DNA of 32,000 nucleotides. It comes from Pseudoalteromonas translucida KMM 520. Lineage in GTDB: Bacteria; Pseudomonadota; Gammaproteobacteria; Enterobacterales; Alteromonadaceae. The stretch is taken from positions 960,001 to 992,000 of the forward strand of contig NZ_CP011034.1 of NCBI RefSeq assembly GCF_001465295.1. Reading direction: 5' to 3'. Below are positions 1-8,661 of this stretch, piece after piece (within the stretch, counting starts at the first letter, position 1; each line of letters begins with the position of its first letter). Both the position numbers and the translations under genes were made by a program. The notes below the pieces were generated by a model that saw nothing but the letters and a program-made list of their open reading frames with translations, did not search any database and was not told the origin of the DNA.

Positions 1-849
1 CGGGCGATGAACGAGCGTTCTTGGTATCGTTTTGGTACTGGCGATTATGGTTTTTCATCAACCCCTATTTTTGAAAATGTGAATTACGGTTATTACATGC
101 CCCATGGTTTTCATACTCCTGCAAGTTGGGTGGGTATGTTTGCACAGCGTTATATGCATGAGTATGGCGCTACATCAGAAGATTTTGGTCTTGTTGCGGT
201 TGCCGCACGTGACTTTGCAGCAACTAACCCTGCGGCATTCTTTTACGAAAAACCAATTACTTTGGCCGATCACCAAGCGTCTAAGTGGATTTGTGAGCCG
301 CTACATTTACTTGATTGTTGTCAAGAATCTGATGGTGCGGTAGCAATGATTATTACCAGTGTTGAGCGTGCAAAAACGCTAAAAAATAAACCTGTAGTAA
401 TTAAAGCCGGTTCGCAAGGTATTGCCGAAGGTCAGCAAAGTATGACCTCGTATTATCGCGACGACATTACCGGTTTACCCGAAATGGGCATAGTAGCAAA
501 AGAGCTTTATGCACAATCAGGCCTAGGGCCTGATGATTTTCAAACCGCGATTATTTACGATCACTTTACCCCTTTTGTATTACCACAACTTGAAGAGTTT
601 GGGTTTGTGGAACGTGGTAAAGCAAAGGAGTTTATTCGCGCAGGTCATCATCAGCGTGGTGGTAAGTTACCTATTAATACCCATGGAGGACAGTTAGGTG
701 AAGCCTATATCCATGGTATGAATGGCGTGGCCGAAGCAGTACGACAAGTGCGTGGTACAGCAGTAAACCAAGTTGATAATGTTGAAAATGTACTCGTTAC
801 AGCGGGCACTGGTGTACCAACCAGCGGCTTAATTTTAGGCGCAGAGTAG
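1..849 (+). CDS. Thiolase-fold lipid-transfer-protein-like enzyme (SCP-x/Ltp family), C-terminal part; the 5' end lies upstream of the window
   Basis: Frame 1 is open from nt 1, before the first ATG at 7. The C-terminal motif INTHGGQLGEAYIHG and the LLDCCQESDGA core are typical of Ltp/SCP2-type thiolase-like proteins. It is a paralog of 11938..13149. Stop TAG is at 847-849, overlapping the AGGAG RBS (848-852) of the next gene. Confidence 0.8.
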   Translation, partial: RAMNERSWYRFGTGDYGFSSTPIFENVNYGYYMPHGFHTPASWVGMFAQRYMHEYGATSEDFGLVAVAARDFAATNPAAFFYEKPITLADHQASKWICEPLHLLDCCQESDGAVAMIITSVERAKTLKNKPVVIKAGSQGIAEGQQSMTSYYRDDITGLPEMGIVAKELYAQSGLGPDDFQTAIIYDHFTPFVLPQLEEFGFVERGKAKEFIRAGHHQRGGKLPINTHGGQLGEAYIHGMNGVAEAVRQVRGTAVNQVDNVENVLVTAGTGVPTSGLILGAE

Positions 850-858
850 GAGTGCAAA

Positions 859-2028
859 ATGTTCATTGATTTAACACCAGAACAACGGGCGTTACGCCTA
901 GAAGTACGTGATTATTTTTCTCAATTAATGACACCCGAACTGCGTCAAAAGCTAAGAGGCAGTGAAGGCGGCGAAGACTTCCGTAAGGTTGTACGTCAAA
1001 TGGGTAAAGACGGCTGGTTAGCTGTTGGTTGGCCAAAAGAGCACGGCGGCCAAGGTTATCAAGCCACCGAGCAGCTAATCTTTTTTGAAGAAGCCAATAT
1101 TGCAGGCGCGCCCCTACTATTTGTTACTATTAGCACAGTAGGTCCTGCGTTAATGGAATACGGTACTGAGTTACAAAAAGAAAAGTTTTTACCGGGTATT
1201 GCTAATGGCGAAATTCATTTTGCTATTGGTTATTCAGAGCCAAATGCGGGCTCTGATCTAGCCACTTTAAAAACCAAAGCTAGCTTAGAGGGCGACAACT
1301 TTATTGTTAATGGCAATAAGCTATGGACCTCAGGCGCTGAGTCGGCCGACTATATTTGGTTAGCGGCACGGACTGATCAAGAGCTGGCGCGTCACAAGGG
1401 GGTTTCTATTATGATTTTAGATACCCAAAGTGAAGGCTTTAGCAGCACAGTTATTCCAACGTGTTCAAACCCAACCGCGGCTACTTATTACGACAACGTA
1501 AAAGTACCTCAAGAAATGCTGGTGGGTGAATTAAATGGCGGTTGGCGTTTAATTACTTCGCAACTTAACCATGAACGTTTAGGTTTAGGATCGTGGTCAG
1601 ATAAAGTGGTTGGATTATTTCGCCGAGTGTATTTGTGGGCTAATACCGCAGATGAGCAAGGCAAGTCTGCTGCTAATAATCCTTGGGTGCGCGCAGCGTT
1701 AGCTGAGTGTTACGCTAAGTTAGAAGCCATGCGCTTAATTAACTTTCGTATCGCCGCCGATTTAGAAAAAGGCCATATGGATATTGCTCTGGCGTCAATT
1801 ACTAAAGTATATGGCTCAGAATGCTCAATTGAAATACTGCGTAAGCTGATTGATATTGTGGGAATGAATGGCATGGTGCGCGATGATTCTGCCGCGTCAT
1901 TTTTAATGGGTGAGCTGGAATACGAAGTGCGTGCCTCGGTTACCTTAACCTTTGGTGGTGGTGCTAATGAGTTACAAAGAGAACTAATAGCCCAATTTGG
2001 TATTGGTATGCCACGCGCAGTGCGCTAA
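859..2028 (+). CDS. Acyl-CoA dehydrogenase, alpha-type (carries the SEPNAGSD signature)
   Basis: 389-aa ORF with AGGAG RBS 6 nt upstream of the ATG. It has the ACAD fold motifs WPKEHGG, GYSEPNAGSDLATLKT and C-terminal GGGANELQRELIAQ. Confidence 0.9.
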   Translation: MFIDLTPEQRALRLEVRDYFSQLMTPELRQKLRGSEGGEDFRKVVRQMGKDGWLAVGWPKEHGGQGYQATEQLIFFEEANIAGAPLLFVTISTVGPALMEYGTELQKEKFLPGIANGEIHFAIGYSEPNAGSDLATLKTKASLEGDNFIVNGNKLWTSGAESADYIWLAARTDQELARHKGVSIMILDTQSEGFSSTVIPTCSNPTAATYYDNVKVPQEMLVGELNGGWRLITSQLNHERLGLGSWSDKVVGLFRRVYLWANTADEQGKSAANNPWVRAALAECYAKLEAMRLINFRIAADLEKGHMDIALASITKVYGSECSIEILRKLIDIVGMNGMVRDDSAASFLMGELEYEVRASVTLTFGGGANELQRELIAQFGIGMPRAVR

Positions 2029-2042
2029 CAGGAGATAACAGC

Positions 2043-3242
2043 ATGAGTGAGTTAACTGAATTTCGCCAGCAGGTCCGCACTTGGCTAGAGGAAAATTGCC
2101 CTATGTCGCTGCGCACACCAACGCCAGATGGCGAGCTCATTTGGGGCGGGAGTGAAGTTAACTTCACTTTTGATGATCAACGCCAGTGGTTTAATAGTAT
2201 GCGCGACAAACATTGGTTTTGTCCTAGTTGGCCAACGCAGTACGGTGGTGGTGGTTTAACCGCGCAACAAAACAGCGTATTAGAAAGTGAAATGCGCCGT
2301 TTAAAGTGTCGTCCGCCACAAATTAATTTAGGTATTTGGATGTTAGGCCCTGTGCTGTTAGAGCACGGAACTGAGCTGCAAAAACAACAGTTTTTAACAC
2401 CAATGACCCGCGGTGAAGTACGTTGGTGCCAAGGGTTTAGTGAGCCAAATGCCGGATCTGATTTGGCCAGTATTCGCACCAGCGCGGTTGATCAAGGCGA
2501 TCATTACTTAGTTAATGGCAGTAAAATTTGGACTTCTTATGGTGACAAATCCGATTGGATGTACGCATTAGTACGCACCGATGCTAAAGCCCCTAAACAC
2601 CAAGGCATAAGTTTATTACTCCTCGATATGCACAGCCAAGGTGTGCAAGCCAAACCTATTGATTTAATTAGCGGTAAATCTTCTTTTTGTGAAGTGTTTT
2701 TCGATAATGTAGCCGTGCCTAAAGAAAACCTTATAGGTGAGCTAAATGGCGGCTGGAAATTGGCTAAAGAATTGCTGCAACACGAACGCAGCGCAATGTC
2801 TAAATTTGGTGAGTTTCAATTACCCACGCACTTTGACTTAATGTCACTAATGAGCGATTACATGCCTGCGCCGCACAGCGCTAGTGAAGCCGCGCTTGTA
2901 AATAAGGCGGTTGCAGCCAATATGGAAGAGCAGGCATATAACTTAACGGTGCAACGCTTAGGTGCAGAAATGCAAGCGGGGCAAAGCTGTTTTGGTTTAA
3001 TGTCGATTATGAAGTTAGTGCATACCGAACAAGAAAAAATTAAATTTGAATTATTACTCGATGCGATGGGTTACCGCGGTTTAGGTTGGGAAGATGATAG
3101 CTTTAGCGAGCAAGAGCAAGCCATTACTCGCGCTTGGCTAAATAGTTTTTCGCAAACCATAGCTGGCGGATCCTCAGAAGTTCAGCTGAACGTGATAGCA
3201 AAGCGTGTATTGCAATTACCTGAAAATAAAGGAGTAAGCTGA
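2043..3242 (+). CDS. Acyl-CoA dehydrogenase, alpha-type subunit (probable partner of 3242..4354)
   Basis: 399-aa ORF with GGAG RBS at 2031-2034. Motifs are GFSEPNAGSDLASIRT and GGSSEVQLNVIAKRVL. Its stop TGA (3240-3242) overlaps the next ATG (3242-3244) by 1 nt. Confidence 0.9.
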   Translation: MSELTEFRQQVRTWLEENCPMSLRTPTPDGELIWGGSEVNFTFDDQRQWFNSMRDKHWFCPSWPTQYGGGGLTAQQNSVLESEMRRLKCRPPQINLGIWMLGPVLLEHGTELQKQQFLTPMTRGEVRWCQGFSEPNAGSDLASIRTSAVDQGDHYLVNGSKIWTSYGDKSDWMYALVRTDAKAPKHQGISLLLLDMHSQGVQAKPIDLISGKSSFCEVFFDNVAVPKENLIGELNGGWKLAKELLQHERSAMSKFGEFQLPTHFDLMSLMSDYMPAPHSASEAALVNKAVAANMEEQAYNLTVQRLGAEMQAGQSCFGLMSIMKLVHTEQEKIKFELLLDAMGYRGLGWEDDSFSEQEQAITRAWLNSFSQTIAGGSSEVQLNVIAKRVLQLPENKGVS

Positions 3243-4354
3243 TGAGTATGGTATATAGCGAAGACGATCGCATGTTGGCAGATACCGCCGAAGAGTTTTT
3301 AAGTGCGCAAAGCCCTGTCGCAGCGCAGCGCGCATTACGCGATAAGCCAACCGCAGTTAATTTTGATGAAAAAATTTGGCAACAAATGCTGGAACTTGGT
3401 TGGGGAGCAATTACTTTTTCCGAAGATCTGGGTGGCCTAGATTTTGGTTATAAAGGAATGGGCGCAATATTTGAAGCTATGGGTAAACACCTGAGTGCTT
3501 CGCCAATGTTATCGTCAGTAACCCTGTGTGGTTCGTTATTACAACAACTTGCCAACGCAGAGCAACAAACTTGGTTAACCGCAATAATAAGTGGTGAAAA
3601 ACGCCTAGCCTTAGCGGTTGACGAACACGCAAGACACGATCCCGACAGCATGCAAACAACGGCAACAACAGTGGTAGATGGCTTTGTGTTAAATGGTAAA
3701 AAAACCATGGTTATTGATGGTGTCAGCCCCGATGGTTGGATAGTTGCGGCGCAGCATAACGCTGGCTGTAGTGTGTTTATTGTGCCATTTAGTGAGCAAG
3801 TAAAGGTTAAGCGCCTTAACCTTATCGATGCGCGCAATTACGCCGAGCTTACTTTTAATGACTTAAAACTACCCGCAGAAGCCTTATTAGGCGACGCTGG
3901 CAATAGCTTAAAAGCACTGCAACAAGCACTCGATTTAGGTCGTTTATGTTTAAGTGCTGAAATGCTTGGTGCTATTAAAGCGCTGTTTGATACGACCATA
4001 GAATATTTAAAGGTACGTGAACAATTTGGTGTGAAAATTGGTACTTTTCAGGCATTACAACATCGTGCAGCACGCTGTTATGTAGAGTTAGAATTAGCTC
4101 AATCTTGTGTTATAGCCGCACTTTCGGATGCTGATAAGGCTGACGCAAACTTAGCCTCAAGCGCTAGTTTAGCTAAATGGAAACTCTCAAAAGTAGCCGA
4201 CTTAATCAGCGGTGAAGCGGTGCAAATGCATGGCGGTATTGGGGTTACTGATGAGCTAGACATTGGCCTTTACCTAAAGCGTATTCGCGTAGCACAAATG
4301 TGCCTTGGTGATGCCGATTACCACCAAGCGCGGTTTGCAGCTTTAGCGCCTTAA
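3242..4354 (+). CDS. Acyl-CoA dehydrogenase family protein, beta-type (lacks the SEPxAGSD signature)
   Basis: 370-aa ORF, translationally coupled to the upstream ACAD. The ACAD C-terminal helical domain is recognisable (FGVKIGTFQALQHRAA, QMHGGIGVTDE). The position of the signature-1 motif reads LAVDEHARHDPDS. A bidirectional terminator follows. Confidence 0.85.
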   Translation: MSMVYSEDDRMLADTAEEFLSAQSPVAAQRALRDKPTAVNFDEKIWQQMLELGWGAITFSEDLGGLDFGYKGMGAIFEAMGKHLSASPMLSSVTLCGSLLQQLANAEQQTWLTAIISGEKRLALAVDEHARHDPDSMQTTATTVVDGFVLNGKKTMVIDGVSPDGWIVAAQHNAGCSVFIVPFSEQVKVKRLNLIDARNYAELTFNDLKLPAEALLGDAGNSLKALQQALDLGRLCLSAEMLGAIKALFDTTIEYLKVREQFGVKIGTFQALQHRAARCYVELELAQSCVIAALSDADKADANLASSASLAKWKLSKVADLISGEAVQMHGGIGVTDELDIGLYLKRIRVAQMCLGDADYHQARFAALAP

Positions 4355-4375
4355 AGCTCACCTAGAGTTAAACAT

Positions 4376-4416
4376 AAAAAACCAGCCAGCAGTTATTCAC
4401 TGTTGGCTGGTTTTTT
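4376..4416. terminator. Bidirectional Rho-independent terminator between convergent genes
   Basis: The stem CCAGCCAGCAG (4382-4392) pairs with CTGTTGGCTGG (4400-4410) with one G-T wobble, around a 7-nt loop. It is flanked by an A6 run (4376-4381) and a T6 run (4411-4416). Confidence 0.85.
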
Positions 4417-4444
4417 GTTAATACGCTGAGTAACTTATGCGCTA

Positions 4445-5233
4445 TTACTGTGCGGGTGCGCCAGGTACACCATAATAATATTGACCAGCCGTTAAGCCGC
4501 CATCTACCACCATTTCGGTGCCATTACAGTAAGATGCCTGATCCGAGACTAAAAAGTTAACCATATTGGCTACTTCTTCAGGCTGACAACCACGTTGCTG
4601 AGGAATAAATTTATAGCGTGGGTTCAACTCTTCGCTACTTAGCCCTTGTGGGTTAGTCATGGGGGTATTTACAGCGCCAGGGTGCACGCTATTTACACGT
4701 ATACCAAACGGGCCTAGCTCAAGCGCAGCGGTACGAGTTAACCCTCTTACTGCATATTTACTGGCAGCATACGCACCTGTGCCATTGTTAGGTAAAATAG
4801 ACGAGGCTGATGAAATATTAACGATGGCGCCACTGCCGGCTTTTTTCATGCAGGGGATCACGCTATGTAAGCCTAAAAAGGTGCCAGTAATATTAATATC
4901 GATTAATTTACGAAACTGCTGTGGCTCTGTGGTTTCGAGCGTTGCGAACAGTAAAATCCCCGCATTATTAACTAAAATATCTATTTTTTGGTATTTTTCT
5001 AAAGTTGCCGACACGATCGACTGCCATTGTAGCTCATCGGTTACATCGTGTGTCATAGGCGTAACCTTGTCGCCAAGTTCTTGCGCCATTTGGTTAAGCT
5101 CTTCAGTTAAAATATCAGTGGCTATAACTGTGGCTCCAGAGTCAACCAGTGCTTGGCATATTGCTCTACCAATACCCCGTGCGGCACCGGTAACTAAGGC
5201 GACTTTATTGATTAAATGTGTAGCGTTTTTCAT
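4445..5233 (-). CDS. Short-chain dehydrogenase/reductase, 3-alpha(or 20-beta)-hydroxysteroid dehydrogenase-like
   Basis: 262-aa ORF with the TGAARGIG cofactor motif, NNAG, and S...YAASK catalytic residues. The stretches FRKLIDINITGTFLGLHSVIPCMKKAGSGAIVNISS and RVNSVHPG closely recall the Streptomyces 3alpha,20beta-HSD sequence as I remember it. Confidence 0.85.
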   Translation of the reverse strand: MKNATHLINKVALVTGAARGIGRAICQALVDSGATVIATDILTEELNQMAQELGDKVTPMTHDVTDELQWQSIVSATLEKYQKIDILVNNAGILLFATLETTEPQQFRKLIDINITGTFLGLHSVIPCMKKAGSGAIVNISSASSILPNNGTGAYAASKYAVRGLTRTAALELGPFGIRVNSVHPGAVNTPMTNPQGLSSEELNPRYKFIPQQRGCQPEEVANMVNFLVSDQASYCNGTEMVVDGGLTAGQYYYGVPGAPAQ

Positions 5234-5320
5234 TGTTAGTTTCTCGCTTTAAAATAGTTGCAAAGTATTATTGCTGAGGTTCTTGCTGAGCCATAAAAAG
5301 GCAGCAGCTTTAATTATGGT

Positions 5321-5346
5321 AATAAAATAGGGGCGAGTGCCCCTAT
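5321..5346 (-). terminator. Rho-independent terminator downstream of the flavoreductase gene
   Basis: A 7-bp GC-rich stem, TAGGGGC (5328-5334) with GCCCCTA (5339-5345), closes a GAGT loop. On the minus strand it is followed by TTTTATT (plus-strand 5321-5327). Confidence 0.7.
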
Positions 5347-5373
5347 GTTAAAAGTATTAGTAATTAGTCGCTA

Positions 5374-7494
5374 TTAGCAGCTTAAGCCAGCTTTATAACC
5401 GGCACTAATTGCACCCTCTATATAGGCAACGTCATTACAATCACCAATGTCTTTTACTGTATGGCCAGCTGCAATTAAGCTGTTTGTTAAGCTATTATCA
5501 GTGGTAATACCCGTTGCCATTACTACGGTATCGGCAAGGCAGCTGCGGGGTTGCTCGTCTACTTTATAGTGCACAGCGTGGGTATCGATAGCAGTAACGT
5601 CTGCCTGAGTAATTAAAGTAACGCCTAATTGCCTAACATGATCAAGTACCCGCCAACGCCTAACAATACTCAGCTCGATGCCTAAGTTACGTCCGGCTTC
5701 TATAACGGTTACTTCACGGCCACGCTCAGCTAAAAATTCGGCTAACTCTAAACCTACTAAGCCACCGCCAACAATAGTGACGCGCTTGCCAAGTGGCATC
5801 CATAAATGCGATAAGCGTTGTAATTTATCTACGTTTTTTGTTAAGCCAAGGGCGTTGCCGGCTCCTAACATTAAGCGCTGTAGCGCAGTTAACTTATTAC
5901 TGGTGTAGGTACTTACTTCGCCGGTAAGTAACTGTCTAAGTTGTTCGCCAGACCAAACGTGGCTTAACTCACAACCCTGTATATCGGGCATGCCACGGCT
6001 AGCGCCGGTTGCTACAAACACTTCATCGGCATTTAGTGTACTAATTAATTTAGGAGTCGCTGTGGTATTGAGTTTTACTATAACCTTAGATTGCGCTAGT
6101 TGCCTTAAATGGTAGTCGAGTAACTTGCCATTTTCGGGGTAGGCCAGCGCTGCAAAAAATAATGTGCCGCCTAAGCGTTTACTGCGCTCTAACAAGGTTA
6201 CTTTATGGCCTCGTTCACTGGCGGTTACAGCAGCTTCTATGCCAGCAGGCCCGCCACCAATTACCACAATATGTTTGGGCTTATCGGTCATTATTACTTT
6301 TAGTTCAAACTCTTTACCTGTTGCCGCATTAACTGCACATTTAACCCGCTGGTTAATAAATACTTGGCTTACGCATACATAGCAATAAATACAGGGACGA
6401 ATATCAGCTTCACGATCTGCGGTGAGTTTATTAGGAAGTTCAGGGTCGGCTAATAATTTACGTCCCATTGCAATAAAATCACACTTACCGCTGGCAATAG
6501 CTGCATCGGCAATATCGGGCTCTAAGCGGCCAACGGCAATTACCGGTATAGATACTTCTTTCTTCACTGCAGCAGCCCAATCTAAAAAGCCTGCTGGTTT
6601 ATGTACTAGCGGCGCGGCGGTAAATGCAGAGCCTGTGGTTAAGGTAGCATAAGCAGAAATACTAACGGCATTTACACTCGCTTGTTCAACCATTTTGCTC
6701 ACTGCAATACAGTCCTCAAGGGTAATACCGCCAGGGGTGTTGAGTTCGTGCGCGTCTAGGCGTACCCACAATGGAAAATCTTGACCAACACGTTCGCGTA
6801 TTGCTGCTATTACCTCGAGCAATAAACGTGCGCGGTTTTCAATACTGCCGCCATACTCGTCATCGCGTTTATTATAGTAGCTTGATAAAAAGCCCGCCAA
6901 AATATACGAGTGCGCGCTGTGCAGTTCAATCGCGTCAAAACCCGCTTGCTGGGCACGTTTTGCCGCTGCGGCAAACCATTCCACCATTTGGACAATATCG
7001 GCTTTTTCCATTACTTTTATGGTGATGGGTTTATCTGCTGGAGGTCTAACAAAGGTACTTAATTCTGTTGGTGTTACCGCTTGCATAATATCGCTTTGTG
7101 GTGGCGCAGGGGGTAGTGAAGGCACCCAAAGCTCGCGGCCTTCTGCTAAATCGCGTACTGCCGTTTTACCAGCATGCTGTAATTGCACCGCAATTTTTGC
7201 ACCATGCTTATGCACCCGCTCGGTAAGTGCTTTTAATCCAGGAATAAACTCATCTTTAGAAATACCCACCTGATAAGGTTCGGCAGTTCCTGCGGGAAAC
7301 GCAATAGCAATAGATCCCATAGTAATAAGGCCCACACCGCCTTTTGCTCTGGCTTCATAAAAAGCTTGAATACGCTCACTACAATGGCCATCAGGGTCCG
7401 CATAATTAGAGCCCATTGGCGCCATCATAATGCGGTTACGCAGCGTTAGGCCGCCTACTTTCCCTGGTTTAAGCAAGTGCTGATAATGTGACAT
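5374..7494 (-). CDS. NADH:flavin oxidoreductase with Fe-S cluster and FAD/NAD(P) domains (2,4-dienoyl-CoA reductase FadH / BaiCD-BaiH family)
   Basis: 706-aa ORF. The N-terminal OYE TIM-barrel has the motifs APMGS and VQLQHAGK. The cysteine cluster is CIYCYVCVSQVFINQRVKC. Two Rossmann motifs are present, VVIGGGPAGIEAA and TIVGGGLVGLELA. RBS AAGAGG lies upstream, and the gap to the upstream hydrolase gene is only 42 nt. Confidence 0.88.
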   Translation of the reverse strand: MSHYQHLLKPGKVGGLTLRNRIMMAPMGSNYADPDGHCSERIQAFYEARAKGGVGLITMGSIAIAFPAGTAEPYQVGISKDEFIPGLKALTERVHKHGAKIAVQLQHAGKTAVRDLAEGRELWVPSLPPAPPQSDIMQAVTPTELSTFVRPPADKPITIKVMEKADIVQMVEWFAAAAKRAQQAGFDAIELHSAHSYILAGFLSSYYNKRDDEYGGSIENRARLLLEVIAAIRERVGQDFPLWVRLDAHELNTPGGITLEDCIAVSKMVEQASVNAVSISAYATLTTGSAFTAAPLVHKPAGFLDWAAAVKKEVSIPVIAVGRLEPDIADAAIASGKCDFIAMGRKLLADPELPNKLTADREADIRPCIYCYVCVSQVFINQRVKCAVNAATGKEFELKVIMTDKPKHIVVIGGGPAGIEAAVTASERGHKVTLLERSKRLGGTLFFAALAYPENGKLLDYHLRQLAQSKVIVKLNTTATPKLISTLNADEVFVATGASRGMPDIQGCELSHVWSGEQLRQLLTGEVSTYTSNKLTALQRLMLGAGNALGLTKNVDKLQRLSHLWMPLGKRVTIVGGGLVGLELAEFLAERGREVTVIEAGRNLGIELSIVRRWRVLDHVRQLGVTLITQADVTAIDTHAVHYKVDEQPRSCLADTVVMATGITTDNSLTNSLIAAGHTVKDIGDCNDVAYIEGAISAGYKAGLSC

Positions 7495-7536
7495 AGATTA
7501 TTACCTCTTATTATTTATGTTTTTTGAGGTGCTGTA

Positions 7537-8391
7537 TTAGCCGTGTTTTAAAAAATCAATACAGCTGCTGTTAAACAGGCGTTGATGTTCTACTTGTACC
7601 CAATGACCACAACGATTAAGCATAATAAAGCGCGCTGTTGGTACGTTATCCAAAATTTTATGCATGCCTTGATGTGGATTAAATTTATCGTTAGTGCCCC
7701 AGAAGCCAAGCACTGGGCAGTTAAGCTCGCCAAGGCGTTCGGTCATGTTTGGCACCATCATAGTGCTAAATAAATTAGCGGGTTGAGTTACTGCCACTGC
7801 AGCGCGCTCTGCTAATATATCATCAGAAAGTACAGCTGAATCAAAAAGTTGTAACGACATAACTTCGCGCATTTGATCAACTCCCATAGGGCCGCGGCTG
7901 TATACTTCTACCATACGCACTATACCTTCCATCTCAAAGTAAGTTTCGCGCTCTTCAACACCACCCGGGGCCATTAAAATTAGGCGCTCTACCGTATCGG
8001 GATAATCAAGTGCTTGGCCCAGCGCAATAGCGCCGCCTAAAGAGTTACCTAATAAAGTCACCTTAGGCAAATCAAGAGCGTTAATAAAACCATTTAGTGC
8101 TGTGACAAAAAAAGCTAAATCGTAATTAACGTCATCAGGTTTATCTGAGCGGCCAAAACCAGGTAAGTCGAGCACAATATTACGATAGCCCGCATCAGCA
8201 AATTCAGGATAATTGCCTTTAAAGTTACTAAAACCACTTGCTCCTGGGCCACTACCATGAAGCCAAATAACAATAGGGCCTTGGCCTTGCTCTAAATAAT
8301 GTAATTTCAGGCCGCTTTCTAGGGTAACAAAGTGTCCCAGTGGTAACGGTAAATCCTGTGTTTGCTCTGGATTAGTTGTTTGCTGATTCAA
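7537..8391 (-). CDS. Alpha/beta hydrolase, meta-cleavage-product C-C hydrolase (HsaD/TesD/BphD-like)
   Basis: It has HGSGPGASG, the nucleophile elbow GNSLGG and C-terminal GHWVQ motifs. The preferred start is TTG at 8391, with a GGAG RBS 8 nt upstream, giving 284 aa. The ORF track extends to a GTG at 8442 that has no usable RBS, so the start is uncertain. Confidence 0.85.
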   Translation of the reverse strand: MNQQTTNPEQTQDLPLPLGHFVTLESGLKLHYLEQGQGPIVIWLHGSGPGASGFSNFKGNYPEFADAGYRNIVLDLPGFGRSDKPDDVNYDLAFFVTALNGFINALDLPKVTLLGNSLGGAIALGQALDYPDTVERLILMAPGGVEERETYFEMEGIVRMVEVYSRGPMGVDQMREVMSLQLFDSAVLSDDILAERAAVAVTQPANLFSTMMVPNMTERLGELNCPVLGFWGTNDKFNPHQGMHKILDNVPTARFIMLNRCGHWVQVEHQRLFNSSCIDFLKHG

Positions 8392-8498
8392 AACTCTTAC
8401 TCCTAATTTTGCCTTGCTAACAAGGTAATGAACGCTCACCACCTCTGCTTATTTATATAGTTTTCCTACTCAATACTGCGTTGCTCGTTTGCTTAAAA

Positions 8499-8514
8499 CA
8501 TCGTCCATTTAGAC
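8499..8514 (-). promoter_or_regulatory. Putative operator/activator site, copy 1 (minus-strand reading GTCTAAATGGACGATG)
   Basis: This is one of three copies of GTCTnAwTGGACGATG in the window. It sits in the divergent intergenic region and is oriented toward the hydrolase/flavoreductase operon. Confidence 0.5.
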
Positions 8515-8537
8515 CAGTGTTTTGTTTGTGCAGTTTA

Positions 8538-8553
8538 GTCTTATTGGACGATG
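8538..8553 (+). promoter_or_regulatory. Putative operator/activator site, copy 2 (GTCTTATTGGACGATG)
   Basis: It forms an imperfect inverted repeat (14/16) with copy 1, separated by 23 nt. It is oriented toward the SDR operon, whose ATG lies 108 nt downstream. Confidence 0.5.
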
Positions 8554-8661
8554 CTGGTTTTTATTACATATCCCAGTATGAATTGGAAAATTAATATTGG
8601 TGCGACTGCAAATGTTGCTCTAGATACGCCAAATTGGCTTGAGAAAAGCAAGGGGATAAAA

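Noticed and set aside
4659-5252. 197-aa plus-strand ORF antisense to the 3alpha/20beta-HSD-like SDR gene. Many similar 60-130-aa antisense ORFs appear in the track (for example 104..343, 2177..2479, 3448..3837, 8730..9089, 23081..23287).
   Set aside because: Each lies entirely inside a long ORF with unmistakable enzyme motifs on the other strand or in another frame. They have no RBS, and their composition is Ser/Ala/Pro/Cys-rich, typical of antisense reading of coding DNA.
8544-8560. The TGGAC core of the repeated motif read as a sigma-54 -24 element (TGGCAC-N5-TTGC), or as a sigma-70 -35 hexamer (TTGGAC/ATGGAC).
   Set aside because: No GC dinucleotide lies at the obligatory 12-nt spacing from the GG in any copy. 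No consistent -10 hexamer lies 16-18 nt downstream across the three copies. A transcription-factor site is the better explanation.
8551-8661. 37-codon N-terminal extension of the SDR ORF, and similar upstream extensions at 9408, 10046, 15136, 19605 and 29318.
   Set aside because: The internal ATGs are preceded by good Shine-Dalgarno sequences and give N-termini that match the family (for example the Rossmann motif at residues about 10-18, and RibF MELIRGIHN). The extensions overlap upstream genes or promoter DNA.
8443-8661. A by-eye search for actinobacterial KstR (TnnAACnnGTTnnA) or KstR2 (AnCAAGnnCTTGnT) operators here and in 14087..14278.
   Set aside because: No match was seen by eye in either intergenic region. 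The host is a proteobacterium and appears to use the different motif reported above. A computational scan would be needed to be certain.
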